DNA from: an uncultured Chloroflexia bacterium
Lineage (GTDB): Bacteria > Chloroflexota > Limnocylindria > Limnocylindrales > CSP1-4
Assembly (NCBI GenBank): GCA_963746845.1
Contig: CAVVCZ010000002.1
Coordinates: forward strand, 231,361 to 295,360
Reading direction: 5' to 3'
Length of the DNA stretch: 64,000 nt
Made by a program: the position numbers and the translations under genes. The notes below the pieces were generated by a model, which saw only the letters and a program-made list of their open reading frames with translations, made no database searches and had not been told where the DNA came from. Shown piece after piece: positions 1 to 10,321 of the stretch (its first letter is position 1; every line of letters begins with the position of its first letter).

Positions 1-1
1 C

Positions 2-739
2 CACGCCTGCGACGCGGTCCTCACCGTCAACGACGAGTACGCGGCCATCCTCGAGCGACAGCTCCGGGTCCCGCGACCCGCCGTCGTGATGAACTGCCCC
101 GCCCGTTGGACCCCGCCGGAGCCGCGTCCGGACCTGATCCGGACGGCCCTCGGGCTCGAGCCCGGAATTCGCGTCGTCCTCTACCAGGGCGGCCTGTTCA
201 GCGAGCGCGGGATCGAGCAGTCCATGGACGCGATCCTCCGCGTCCCCGACGCGGTCCTCGTGCTCCTCGGCTACGGCCGGCTCCGGGCCTCGCTGGCCGA
301 GACGATCGAGCGCGAGCCGTACCGCGGGAAGGTCTTCCTCCTCGACGCCGTGCCGCCATCGGAGCTTCTCGGCTGGACGGCGTCCGCGGACGTCATGGTC
401 ATGGCGATCCAGCCGAGCTCGCTCAACCACCGGCACACGACGCCGAACAAGCTGTTCGAGGCGATGGCCGCAGGGGTCCCGGTCGTCGCGAGCGACCTGC
501 CGGGGATGGCGAGGATCGTGCGCGAGACCGGCTGTGGCGCCCTGTGCGACCCCACGTCCCCGGACGCGCTCGCGGTGGCCATCCGCGAGCTGCTCGACGC
601 CTCGCCGGGGGAGCGCGAGGCGATGCGCGGTCGATGCCTCGCCGCCGCGCGCGATCGGTACAACTGGGAGTCGCAGGTCGGGACGCTGCTCGCCCTGTAC
701 GACCGGCTCCTGGCGGGCGCACCCCAGCGACTCCGATGA
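2..739 (+). CDS. GT4-family glycosyltransferase (5'-partial)
   Basis: Open frame from the window edge; VLYQGG, PNKLFEAMAAGVPVVASDLPG and YNWE motifs of GT-B/GT4. Confidence 0.85.
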   Translation, partial: HACDAVLTVNDEYAAILERQLRVPRPAVVMNCPARWTPPEPRPDLIRTALGLEPGIRVVLYQGGLFSERGIEQSMDAILRVPDAVLVLLGYGRLRASLAETIEREPYRGKVFLLDAVPPSELLGWTASADVMVMAIQPSSLNHRHTTPNKLFEAMAAGVPVVASDLPGMARIVRETGCGALCDPTSPDALAVAIRELLDASPGEREAMRGRCLAAARDRYNWESQVGTLLALYDRLLAGAPQRLR

Positions 740-2082
740 CCTCGACGGCGGCAGACGCGCACGGCGCCGTCGCGGCCCGTCGCTCGGTCGTCCTCGTCGG
801 GAACCCGGCGCATCCCTATTCGCGCGGCGTGCGGATCGCGCGCGTCCTCGCGGCGCTCGGCGACGCCGTGGAGATCGCCGCGATCGCCGGCGACGACGCG
901 CCGGCCATCGAGACGGACGGACCGATCGTCACCCGCCGCTACCGCCCCAGCGGGCCGTATGCGCGGCTGGGCGCCTCGCACGGGGCCGGTACGGCCGCGC
1001 CGTTGCCCGGGCCGGCGGAGACACCCCCGGCCGCGTGGCGCTCGTGGCGGGTCGTCCGGGTCGCGACGAAGACCGCGGTCACGATCCGGCGGTGGCTGCT
1101 CTGGCCGCACACGGTCCGCGGCTGGTGGGCGACGCTCGATCGGGAGCTCGCGCCGGTCGAGCTGTACCACGCGTGCGGCAGCCTGACCGTCGCTGCGGCC
1201 CTCGCGGCGCGTCGCCGGGATCGCCGGGCCGGGCGCCGGTCGATCGTCGTCTACGACGCGATCGACGACGTCATGGGCTCGAACAACGTCCTCGGGATGC
1301 CGCGGATCGTTCGTTGGTGGCTCGGACGACGCGAACGGGGCTGGGCGCTGGCTGCCGACGCTCGTCTGACGGTCAACGACGAGCTGGCCGCCCGCCTCGC
1401 CCGACGCTGGAGGATCGACCAGCGACCGGTCGTGATCCCGAACTGGCCGGAGCCGCGGCCCGTCCCCGCGGGCGTGGACCGGATCCGGGCGACGCTCGGC
1501 CTGCCCGCGACGACCCGGGTCGTCCTCTTCCAGGGCCGGCTCGGGCCGAACCTCGGGCTGGACGAGGCGGCGGAGGCGATCCTGCTCGTCCCGGATGCGG
1601 TTCTCGTGCTCATCGGGTTCGGGCGATGGTTCGCCCGGAGCCTGGAGCGCGACGCCGACCCTCGCTTCGCCGGTCGGCACCGCACCCTGCCGGCCGTCCA
1701 CCCCGACGAGCTGATCGAGTGGACGGCGTCGGCGGACGTCTCCGTCATCCCGCTCCCACCGGTCTCCGCCAACCAGCGAGCGGCGACCCCGAACAAGCTC
1801 TGGGAATCCCTCGCCGCCGGGACACCGGTGGTCATCGGCCCCGGGCTGCCGGTCATGGCGGAGCTCGTCCGGCGTCACGACCTCGGGGCGATCGCCCCGT
1901 CGCTCGGTCCGTCCGACCTCGCGGGCGCGATCGGCGGGGTCCTCGACGTCCCGACCGAGACGGCCGCCGCCCGCCGCAGCCGGATCGCGAATCTCGCGTC
2001 GACCACGTTCAGCTGGCCGGTCGCGGCCGAGCGCTACGCGACGCTCGTCCGGGACCTGCGCGCCGGGTCTCTCGATGGCTGA
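736..2082 (+). CDS. GT4-family glycosyltransferase
   Basis: ATGA overlap with the upstream stop; LFQGRLG and PNKLWESLAAGTPVV motifs. Confidence 0.85.
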   Translation: MTSTAADAHGAVAARRSVVLVGNPAHPYSRGVRIARVLAALGDAVEIAAIAGDDAPAIETDGPIVTRRYRPSGPYARLGASHGAGTAAPLPGPAETPPAAWRSWRVVRVATKTAVTIRRWLLWPHTVRGWWATLDRELAPVELYHACGSLTVAAALAARRRDRRAGRRSIVVYDAIDDVMGSNNVLGMPRIVRWWLGRRERGWALAADARLTVNDELAARLARRWRIDQRPVVIPNWPEPRPVPAGVDRIRATLGLPATTRVVLFQGRLGPNLGLDEAAEAILLVPDAVLVLIGFGRWFARSLERDADPRFAGRHRTLPAVHPDELIEWTASADVSVIPLPPVSANQRAATPNKLWESLAAGTPVVIGPGLPVMAELVRRHDLGAIAPSLGPSDLAGAIGGVLDVPTETAAARRSRIANLASTTFSWPVAAERYATLVRDLRAGSLDG

Positions 2083-3973
2083 CGGACCGGCCGCGATCGG
2101 AAGAGATGGCCCGCTCCATGTGCTTGTCGTCGCGCGCTGGTATCCCGCGTACGACGGCCGGGGTGCCGGGATCTTCGTGGCCGACCACTGCGCCGCGCTC
2201 GCGGCGCGCGGGGTCGAGGTGACGGTCGGGTCGTGGGACCACCTGGCGCGCTTCAGCGGGGACGCCGCGACGGCCGCTCGTCTCGGCCGGCGCTGGATCG
2301 ACGCGGCCGCGGCCCGTCCACCGATCGCGACGCCCCGGGCCTGGGGGGCACCGGACACGCCGGTGGCCCGGCTGCGGGCGGTCGCGGGTCCGCGTCGCGA
2401 GGCGGCCGCGGATCTGCTCGACCAGGCGCGGGCCCAGACCGACCCGCTGGTCGCCTTCGGGCGCGCACTCCACCGTCGCCGGCCGATCGACGTGATCCAT
2501 GCCCACACGGGCCTGCCGGACGGCCTGGCCGCCCTCGCCCTCGCGAAGGATCTCGGCGTCCCGCTCGTGACGATCGAGCACGACAGCAAGGTTGCCGGCC
2601 GGATGGCGGACGCCGAGGTCCGCCGTCGGTATGCGGAGCTGCTCGGGGACGGCCGTGCGCTCGTCGCGGTGAGCGCCACCCTCCGGGGCCGGCTCGCGTC
2701 GGCGCTCGGCGTGGAGCCGTCGCGCATCGACGTCATCCCCAATCCGGTCGCGGTCGACGCGTTCCCGCTCGCCGATCCGGCGGGACGCGACCCGGACGAG
2801 CTGCTGTTCGTCGGTCGTCTCCGTGCCGACAAGGGGATCGCCACGCTGATCGAGGCTGTCGGTATCGTGCGCCGTGCGCGGCCGGACCGGCCGCCCCGGC
2901 TCCGGCTCCAGGGGCAGCACGGCCCCGAGGACGCGGAGGCGTGGCACCGGCTCGCGGCACGGAACGGGCTTGCAGAGTCGCTCCGGCTGGAGACGCCGGC
3001 CGACCGGTCCGTCGTGTCCGACGCGATGCAGCACGCCGGCCTGTTCGTGCACCCGAGCCCGTTCGAGACGTTCGGGATCGTCGCCGCGGAGGCGCTCGCG
3101 ACCGGGCTGCTCGTCGCGGCGACGCCGTCCGGCGGCGTCGAGGAGATCGTCGGAACCGACGGGCGGCTCGGGGAGATCGCGGCCGGGCCGACGGCGCCTG
3201 CGCTCGCCGCGGCCATCGGGCGGGCGCTCGATCGCCGATCGAGCCTCGATCCAGGGACGCTCCGGCAGTCGATCGTCGAGCGGTTCGGTGCGGCGGAGGT
3301 GGCCGATCGGTTCCTCGCGATCGACACCCGCCTGCTCGAGACGGCGAGCCACACGACCACCGAACCGGCGCCGGCGACCGCATCGGCGGCGCGGCCCGAC
3401 GGGCCCACGGCGTTCGAGCCGCCGCTCATCGTCGCGTTCCGCCGCCGCGCCATCGATCTGCGCTTCGCTGCGCTCGCACCCGAGCTCCAGGCTCGGCTCC
3501 CCGTGCTGACGACTCCGTCCGCCGCGACCGGGTCGTCCACGGACCCGTCGCCGACGTCGACCGGCGGGTGGACGGTGGTCGACGACGACCGGGCGATCCG
3601 CGAAGCCCTCGACGGCCTGGGGCGGCCGCCGGTCGCCGACGCTTCGGCCCGTGCGGCCTGGCTCGTCCGCCATCCCGTCGCGGCCGTGCGCCGCCGGTGG
3701 ATCGCCCGCGACCGGACGCGGGTCCGCCTCGCCGAGCGACGGGAGGCGCTCGCCGTGTGGATGGCCGGCCATCGCGGAGGAGGGGCGCGAGGCCTCGTCC
3801 TGCTGCCGCTGGACGCGGACGACCTGGTCGCCGTCGAGCCGTTCCTCGGCGAGGGCGTCGAGCTGGCGGCCGGCGGGCTGCGCTGGCTGGCGGATGCCTG
3901 GGACGAAGCCGTCGCCAGGGGAACGGCGCGGCGGCCCGGAACGGTGTCGGAGGAGTCGGACGCGCCGGGCTGA
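2075..3973 (+). CDS. GT4 glycosyltransferase with an extra C-terminal domain
   Basis: DVIHAH, LFVGRLRADKG and ETFGIVAAEALATG motifs; about 200 aa unassigned C-terminal extension. Confidence 0.8.
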   Translation: MADGPAAIGRDGPLHVLVVARWYPAYDGRGAGIFVADHCAALAARGVEVTVGSWDHLARFSGDAATAARLGRRWIDAAAARPPIATPRAWGAPDTPVARLRAVAGPRREAAADLLDQARAQTDPLVAFGRALHRRRPIDVIHAHTGLPDGLAALALAKDLGVPLVTIEHDSKVAGRMADAEVRRRYAELLGDGRALVAVSATLRGRLASALGVEPSRIDVIPNPVAVDAFPLADPAGRDPDELLFVGRLRADKGIATLIEAVGIVRRARPDRPPRLRLQGQHGPEDAEAWHRLAARNGLAESLRLETPADRSVVSDAMQHAGLFVHPSPFETFGIVAAEALATGLLVAATPSGGVEEIVGTDGRLGEIAAGPTAPALAAAIGRALDRRSSLDPGTLRQSIVERFGAAEVADRFLAIDTRLLETASHTTTEPAPATASAARPDGPTAFEPPLIVAFRRRAIDLRFAALAPELQARLPVLTTPSAATGSSTDPSPTSTGGWTVVDDDRAIREALDGLGRPPVADASARAAWLVRHPVAAVRRRWIARDRTRVRLAERREALAVWMAGHRGGGARGLVLLPLDADDLVAVEPFLGEGVELAAGGLRWLADAWDEAVARGTARRPGTVSEESDAPG

Positions 3974-3978
3974 CGCCG

Positions 3979-4908
3979 TTAGGGGCGCTTGACGGTGCCC
4001 CCGTAGCGCGCGATCTCCTCCGCCGCCTTCGCCTTCGCCGCCGCCGAGTGCTCCTGGTGGACGGCCACGACATCGGCCGGATCGCCCTCGACGACGATGT
4101 GGCCCTTCTCGAGCAGGATCGCCCGGTTGCAGTACTCGATGACCCAGGTCATGTCGTGGGTCACGAGCACGATCCCCTTGGCCTGCTTCACGAGCTCCCC
4201 GACCCGGCCCTTGCTCTTCGCCCGGAACACCTGGTCGCCCGTCGCGAGGACCTCGTCGAGGAGGAGGACGTCCGGATCGACCGACGTCGCGATCGCGAAC
4301 CCGAGCCGCGCCCGCATGCCGGACGAGTACGTCCGGATCGACGCGTCGATGAACTCGCCGATGTCGGCGAAGGCCACGATCCGCTCGACCCGCTCGGTCA
4401 GCTCCGCGTGACTCATCCCCATGAATGCCCCGGCGAGCAGGATGTTCTCTCGGCCGGAGAGCTCCGGGTCGAAGCCTGCCCCGAGGGTCAGCAGGCTCGA
4501 GATCCGGCCGCGGACCGAGATCGCCCCGGCGGACGGCGTGATGATCCCGGCGAGGACCTGCAGGAGGGTGCTCTTGCCGGCGCCGTTCGGGCCGATGATC
4601 GCGAGGGATTCGCCCGAGACGAGCCGGAACGTGACGTCGCGCAGGGCCCAGAAGTCCTTCGGGCCGTCCTTGCGCTTCAGCAGGTCGCGGAAGGTCTGGC
4701 GGACGGTGTTCTTGCGGGTCAGCCGCAGGCTGTACCGGACGCCGAGCTCGCGGACATCGATGACCGTCGTGCCGAAGGTCCGGTCCGTGGCCGCGTCGTC
4801 GGCATGGGCGGCCGCCCGCGCCGCCTCGACCGAGAGGACGTCGTCGTCGCGGGTCGTGCCGGCCGGGGGCAGCGTGGACACGGAGGCGGTGCCCGGATCG
4901 CTCGTCAC
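3979..4908 (-). CDS. wzt: Polysaccharide ABC exporter ATP-binding subunit
   Basis: FWALRDVTF, GPNGAGKST, YSSGMRARLGF, LLLDE; GTG start overlaps the wzm stop. Confidence 0.9.
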   Translation of the reverse strand: MTSDPGTASVSTLPPAGTTRDDDVLSVEAARAAAHADDAATDRTFGTTVIDVRELGVRYSLRLTRKNTVRQTFRDLLKRKDGPKDFWALRDVTFRLVSGESLAIIGPNGAGKSTLLQVLAGIITPSAGAISVRGRISSLLTLGAGFDPELSGRENILLAGAFMGMSHAELTERVERIVAFADIGEFIDASIRTYSSGMRARLGFAIATSVDPDVLLLDEVLATGDQVFRAKSKGRVGELVKQAKGIVLVTHDMTWVIEYCNRAILLEKGHIVVEGDPADVVAVHQEHSAAAKAKAAEEIARYGGTVKRP

Positions 4909-5762
4909 AGGACCTTGGCGAACGCGGGCTCGAGCCGCTTGAAGAGGTACACCGCGAGGATGACCAGGATCACGGACACCCCGAGGACCCGCGCCAGCCC
5001 CGCCCACTCGGGCATCGTCCCGTAGTAGATGACGTTCCGGTACGACTCGAACAGCGCGGTGAACGGGTTCAGGTTGAGGATGATGCTGACCGCGCCGTGG
5101 CGGTTCAGCAGCGACTCCAGCTCCGACGCGCTGTAGAGCGCGGGTGACAGGTAGAACCACAGGCGGAGCAGGTGCCGGGTGACGTTGCCGACATCGCGGA
5201 AGAAGACGTTCGCCGATGCGACGAACACCGCGACCGCCAACGTGAACACGAACTGGACGGCCGCGACGACGGGGATCAGTAGCAGCGTTGCGCTGATCCG
5301 CTCCGGGTACATCAGGACGAGGATCCCGGCCAGCGGGATCAACCCGAACGCGAAGCTGACGATGCCGGCGATGACGGCCCCGAACGGCAGGATGATCTTC
5401 GGGAACTGGACCTGCTTGATCAGCCCTTCCTGGCTCGTGACGGACGTAACGCCGTCTCCGACCGAGCTCGAGAACCACTTCCACGGGAGGATCGCCGCGA
5501 AGATGAAGAGCGGGTAGTCCGGGACCGTGTTGCCGCCGCGGATGACGGTGACGAGCACGACGTAGACGAGCATCTGGAGGAGCGGGTCGATCACCCACCA
5601 GAGGTTGCCGAGCAGGGTGTCGGCGCCCTTCCGCTTCATGTCGGCGCGGACGAGATAGCCGATCAGCCGGCGGCGCGACCACAGCTCCCGGAAGGCTTCC
5701 GCTACGAGGCCGAACGCCCCCGGACGGACGCTCGTGTCGTAGACAAGGGTCGACGTCGTCAT
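4905..5762 (-). CDS. wzm: Polysaccharide ABC exporter permease
   Basis: LGNLWWVIDPLL, FFRDV, LNPFT; hydrophobic ABC-2 pattern; adjacent to wzt. Confidence 0.9.
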   Translation of the reverse strand: MTTSTLVYDTSVRPGAFGLVAEAFRELWSRRRLIGYLVRADMKRKGADTLLGNLWWVIDPLLQMLVYVVLVTVIRGGNTVPDYPLFIFAAILPWKWFSSSVGDGVTSVTSQEGLIKQVQFPKIILPFGAVIAGIVSFAFGLIPLAGILVLMYPERISATLLLIPVVAAVQFVFTLAVAVFVASANVFFRDVGNVTRHLLRLWFYLSPALYSASELESLLNRHGAVSIILNLNPFTALFESYRNVIYYGTMPEWAGLARVLGVSVILVILAVYLFKRLEPAFAKVL

Positions 5763-5851
5763 GGGCCGGTGGGAGGGTATCACGGGTCGCACGTCGGGCC
5801 GCCGGATACGATGGCGCCGATGCGACCCCCGGCGCACCGGACGATCGGCCC

Positions 5852-7291
5852 ATGAACGTGACGATGTACGTGATGAACGACGTCCGGCACGACTCGCGCG
5901 TGCTCCGTGAGGCGGCGACGCTCGCCGAGGCCGGCCATCGGGTCACGATCGTGGGCTCGAGTGGGGCGGGGGAGGCGGATCCCGCGGCGGCCGGCCCGGA
6001 GCGGGTTGGCGACGTCACGATCGTGCGTGTCTCGGAGCGGTCGCGGACGCCGGCCGTCGTCGTCTGGGCCGATCGACCCTGGACGCTCCGGACGCGGGCC
6101 GCGACCGCGGTCCTCACCGGCGTCCGGCGGTTCCCGTCCGGCGTGCCGGCGGCCGCGACCGCCGCCGTCCTGACCGTTGCATCGCTCCCGTGGCTGCTCG
6201 TCCGCGGCGCGTGGGTCGGCGGACGGGCCGCGCTCGGACGGGCGACGCCGCGACCGGGCTGGCTCGGCTACTGCGCGGTCTGGCTGGGACGGCGACGGAC
6301 CTGGGCGAGACGCGCCGCCGCGATCGCGCCGAGCTCGGATGTCCATCACGCGCACGACCTCGAGGCGCTGCCGGCGGCCATCGCCGGCGCGCGCCGCGAC
6401 GGCGGACGGGTCGTCTACGACAGCCACGAGATCTTCGTCGGCTGGGGACCGCTGCTCGCCCAGCCCCGCTGGCTCCGGGCGTGGTTCGCCCGGTGGGAAC
6501 GACGACAGGTCCGGTCCGTGGCGGCGATGGTCACCGTGAACGACGAGATCGCCGCGGTCCTGAATCGGACGTTGCGGCCGCCGCGGATCACCGTCGTCTA
6601 CAACTGCCCGCCGCGCTGGACCCCGCCGGCAATGGATCCCGGGCATCTCCGCCTCGCGGCGGCGATCCCCGACGACGCGCCGATCGTTCTCTGCCACGGC
6701 AATCTCCAGGCGAACCGGGGCCTCGAGGAGACGGCCGGGGCCCTTGCCCGCCCGGAGCTGGCGGACGCCCACCTCGTGTTCCTCGGCTACGGGCGGCGCG
6801 TCGTCGAGCCGATCCTCGCGGACCCGCGGCTCGCCGGCCGTGTCCACGTCCTGGACCCCGTCCCGCCGGACGCGCTGCTCGGCTGGATCGCCGGCGCCGA
6901 CGTCGACGTCATGGCGATCCCGGCCGTCGACGAGAACAGCCGGCTGAGCAGCCCGAACAAGCTGTTCGAGAGCCTCGCCGCCGGCGTCCCGATCGTCACG
7001 AGCGACCTCCCCGTCCGGCGACGGATCGTGCTCGAAGACCCGGAAGGCCCGCTGGGTGCGGCCTGCGACCCGGCCGACCCTGCGTCGATCGCCGCTGCGA
7101 TCGGCTCGATCGTCCACGCGTCCCCGGACGACCGGACGGCCCTGCGATCCCGGTGTCTCCGGGCGGCCCACGAGCGCTGGAGCTGGGACCGCGAGGGGGC
7201 GAAGCTCGTGGCGCTGTACGCGGACCTCGCGACGACGGCGCCGGTGGCTCCCGCCGCGACCGCGTCGTCCGCGTCCCGCGCGGCCTCATGA
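5852..7291 (+). CDS. GT4-family glycosyltransferase
   Basis: DSRVLREA, HAHDL, YDSHE and PNKLFESLAAGVP motifs. Confidence 0.85.
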   Translation: MNVTMYVMNDVRHDSRVLREAATLAEAGHRVTIVGSSGAGEADPAAAGPERVGDVTIVRVSERSRTPAVVVWADRPWTLRTRAATAVLTGVRRFPSGVPAAATAAVLTVASLPWLLVRGAWVGGRAALGRATPRPGWLGYCAVWLGRRRTWARRAAAIAPSSDVHHAHDLEALPAAIAGARRDGGRVVYDSHEIFVGWGPLLAQPRWLRAWFARWERRQVRSVAAMVTVNDEIAAVLNRTLRPPRITVVYNCPPRWTPPAMDPGHLRLAAAIPDDAPIVLCHGNLQANRGLEETAGALARPELADAHLVFLGYGRRVVEPILADPRLAGRVHVLDPVPPDALLGWIAGADVDVMAIPAVDENSRLSSPNKLFESLAAGVPIVTSDLPVRRRIVLEDPEGPLGAACDPADPASIAAAIGSIVHASPDDRTALRSRCLRAAHERWSWDREGAKLVALYADLATTAPVAPAATASSASRAAS

Positions 7292-8343
7292 CCGAGCCCT
7301 GGATCATCCTCCAGGAGGAGACCCGCCGGCGGTTCGGCGGCGATCTGCGCCGGGCGAGCATCCTGCGGCCGCTCGCCGAGCGGACCGGGGCGACCACCGC
7401 CGGCTGGGCGAAGGCCACCGTGGACGACGCGCTCGACCGCGCCGGTCGCGGGCCCATGTGGCGACGACGGCCGCCGCCGCGGCTCGGGTCCGTCGAGGCC
7501 CTCGACATCGACACGCTCCGCGAGGTCGTGCGCCGGGCCCGGCCGACCGTCCTCGACGTCCATGACGACCCGGTCGCCCAGCTCGCCGCGCTCGGGGTCG
7601 ACCCGGGCGAGACGCGTCGGCGCGAGCTCGTCGAGCGGGCCGCTCGGAACCGGGACGCCTTCGAGTGGCTGCTCGCGCCGACGCCCGCGTTCGCCGACCT
7701 GGCCGGGCTCCCGCGCGAGCGGACGATCATGGCCCCGAACGGCACCGACACGGCGACGATCACCCCGCGCCCGTTCCCGGATCGCCCGGCGATCGGGTTC
7801 GCGTCCGGGGCGGCTGCGGGCCGCGGGATCGAGCTCCTCGTCGAGGCGGCCCGGATCGTCCGCGAGCGTGAGCCGGACCTGCGGCTGCTGCTCTGGCTCG
7901 TTGCCACGGGTCGGGACAGCCAGGCCTATCTCGACGGGCTCGTGGCGTCGCTCGCGGGCGAGCCGTGGATCGAGATCGGGTCGGCGCCGTACGACCGGAT
8001 GGCCGACGAGCTGGGCCGCGCGACCGCGATCGTCATCCCGCATCCGCCGGGGGCGTACCTCGACTCGGCGCTGCCGATCAAGCTCCTCGACGCGATGGCC
8101 GCCGGGCGACCGGTGGTCGTCACGCCGCGCCGGCAGACCGTCCTCGTCGTGGAGGAGGCCGCGTGCGGGATCGTCACCGGCGACCGGGCCGACGACCTGG
8201 CGACCGCCATCGCCGGGCTGCTGGACGATCCGGCGCGGGCGGCCGATCTCGGCGCGAGCGGGCGTCGCATCGCCGAGGCCGTGTACGACTGGCGGGTCAT
8301 CGGCGCGGCCGTGGCGGACACGATCCTCCGGTCGACCGGGTGA
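7288..8343 (+). CDS. GT4-family glycosyltransferase
   Basis: ATGA coupling; PNG, PIKLLDAMAAGRPVV and YDW motifs. Confidence 0.8.
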   Translation: MTEPWIILQEETRRRFGGDLRRASILRPLAERTGATTAGWAKATVDDALDRAGRGPMWRRRPPPRLGSVEALDIDTLREVVRRARPTVLDVHDDPVAQLAALGVDPGETRRRELVERAARNRDAFEWLLAPTPAFADLAGLPRERTIMAPNGTDTATITPRPFPDRPAIGFASGAAAGRGIELLVEAARIVREREPDLRLLLWLVATGRDSQAYLDGLVASLAGEPWIEIGSAPYDRMADELGRATAIVIPHPPGAYLDSALPIKLLDAMAAGRPVVVTPRRQTVLVVEEAACGIVTGDRADDLATAIAGLLDDPARAADLGASGRRIAEAVYDWRVIGAAVADTILRSTG

Positions 8344-10277
8344 GCGGTCCGACGGCCTGGCGGCTGGTCGACCGCCCGCCGGTCGCGGCGGATGCGGTCG
8401 AGATCGACACGGATGTCGGTGATGACGACGCCCGTGCCGCGAGGGTCGTGGTCCTCGACGCGGCGTGGACACCGGGGCCGGACGCCGGACCGCTCGCCGA
8501 CGCCATCGCCATCCGGCCGCTCGCCCGGCTGGCGTTGTCCCGGCACGATCCGCACGGGGAGGCCCTCGAGCTCGCCGACCGGCTCGACGCGCAGGCGGGT
8601 CTCGACGCGGCGCTGAACGCCGGCGATGTCTCCCTCTGGCCACGGCGACGGCTCGTCGCCTGGCGACGGCTCCACGACCTGATCCTGTGGCGGGAGATCA
8701 TCGCGGAGCTGGGGATCCGCCCGGGGGAGACCGTGACCGGTGACCCGCCCGACGCGCTCCGCGACCTGCTCGCCGTGATGGGTGGCGATGCGAACCTTCG
8801 GGAAGCCGCCGCCGCATCGACGGTCCGGTTCTCGACGAAGGCGCCGCCGTCGCTCGCCCGTCGCGTGGTCCGACGCGGTCGCGCGCTCGTGCGTCCGCGC
8901 GCGCCGGCCGCACCCGTCGCTGTGCCGCCCTTCGCCGAAGATCAGGGGCGCCTCGAGGGGTGGTTCGCGGGCGGCCGGCGGCCGCTCCTCGTCCTGACCG
9001 ATCCGGCCGTCCACCAGGTGATCGACACCGTCGACGGTCCGAGGCGTCTCGATCCGTTCCTCGGCCCGATCGTCGAACGGCTGCGCGGGACGAGGCTCGA
9101 TCCCGTCACCATCGATCTCTCGAGCGCGGCCGGCGATGCCTTCCGCACCGTCCCTCTCCGCGCGATCACCTCCGTGCCGGACGATCCGACGGACCGAGCG
9201 GCCGCGGACCGGGCCGCGACCGCGGCACGGACCCGGCTCGCGGGGGCCTCGGCATCGATCGACCTCGACGGGATCGACGTCGGCCCGTTCCTCGTCGAGG
9301 CCGAGCGGGCCTTCGCCGCCGACGGCCTGGGACCGTGGATGCTCGCCCGGGCGCGGATCGAGCGGTTCCTCGCGGATCGGCGGCCGGCGGGGATCCTCCT
9401 CGTCAACGAGTACGGCCGGCCGGAGTGGCTGTCCGCCGCCCGCCGGCACGGGATCCCGGTCGCGGCGGTGCAGCATGGGGTCATCCACCGCGCTCACCCG
9501 GGCTACGTCCTGCCGCGGAGAACGGCCGGCCTCGTCCTGGCCGACCGGACCTACGTGTTCGGCCCGTTCGAGCGGCAGCAGCTGACGAGCGGCGTGTACC
9601 GCGACGACGAGGTCCGGATCGGTGGCTCGCCCCGGCTGGACCTGCTCGCCCGGAGCGAGGCCGCGCGCGCGGCGTCCGGGGGCGACGCGGGCGACGACGC
9701 GCGCGATCGTGCTGCGCTGCGGGCGCGGCTCGACGCCCGGCCCGGAGAGCGACTCGTCGTCTTCTCCTCGACGAACAACGCCGACATCCGCCGGCTCGTC
9801 GTGGCGCCCGCCCTCGAGGCGATCCTCGACCAACCGTTGCCGGGCGTCCGGCTCGTCGTGAAGCTCCACCCGGCGGAAGCGCCACATGACGAGTACGAGC
9901 GTCTCGCCGCCGGCCTGGCGGCGGCCGGCCACTTCGAGCCGCCGCCTGTCAGCGTCATCCGCGACGTGGACCTGTACACGCTGCTCCGCGCCGCGGACGC
10001 CCATCTCGGGATCTACTCCACGGTCCTGTCCGACGCGGTCGTGGCGGGCGTCCGGAACCTCGTCGTCGTCGGTCTCCCGGGCGGCGACCTCCTCGACTAC
10101 GTCGAGCGCGGGGTCGCCCGGCCGGTCCGCGACGGGAGCGACGTGCTCGCGGCGCTGGATGCGCCGCCACCCGCACCGGACGACGCCGCCCGCGCGGCGT
10201 TCGTCGCGGATCACTTCCTGTCCGGCGATGCGGGCGCGCGGATCGCGGCGGACCTCGCCGCGTGGCTGGGCGGGTGA
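8340..10277 (+). CDS. GT-B fold transferase (CDP-glycerol glycerophosphotransferase / sialyltransferase-like), candidate nonulosonate transferase
   Basis: GTGA coupling; VQHG, GSPRLD, VKLHP and STVLSDA motifs typical of CMP/CDP-donor GT-B enzymes. Confidence 0.6.
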   Translation: MSGPTAWRLVDRPPVAADAVEIDTDVGDDDARAARVVVLDAAWTPGPDAGPLADAIAIRPLARLALSRHDPHGEALELADRLDAQAGLDAALNAGDVSLWPRRRLVAWRRLHDLILWREIIAELGIRPGETVTGDPPDALRDLLAVMGGDANLREAAAASTVRFSTKAPPSLARRVVRRGRALVRPRAPAAPVAVPPFAEDQGRLEGWFAGGRRPLLVLTDPAVHQVIDTVDGPRRLDPFLGPIVERLRGTRLDPVTIDLSSAAGDAFRTVPLRAITSVPDDPTDRAAADRAATAARTRLAGASASIDLDGIDVGPFLVEAERAFAADGLGPWMLARARIERFLADRRPAGILLVNEYGRPEWLSAARRHGIPVAAVQHGVIHRAHPGYVLPRRTAGLVLADRTYVFGPFERQQLTSGVYRDDEVRIGGSPRLDLLARSEAARAASGGDAGDDARDRAALRARLDARPGERLVVFSSTNNADIRRLVVAPALEAILDQPLPGVRLVVKLHPAEAPHDEYERLAAGLAAAGHFEPPPVSVIRDVDLYTLLRAADAHLGIYSTVLSDAVVAGVRNLVVVGLPGGDLLDYVERGVARPVRDGSDVLAALDAPPPAPDDAARAAFVADHFLSGDAGARIAADLAAWLGG

Positions 10278-10321
10278 CCCCGACCGATCGTGGGGCCCTG
10301 CACGGCCGGTACGATGAAGCG

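Noticed and set aside
271-3540. Very long antisense and alternate-frame ORFs (1089 aa here; also 19316-22579, 26415-28361 and others)
   Set aside because: Shadow ORFs caused by high GC and stop-codon scarcity; Arg/Pro-rich with no motifs and overlapping well-supported genes
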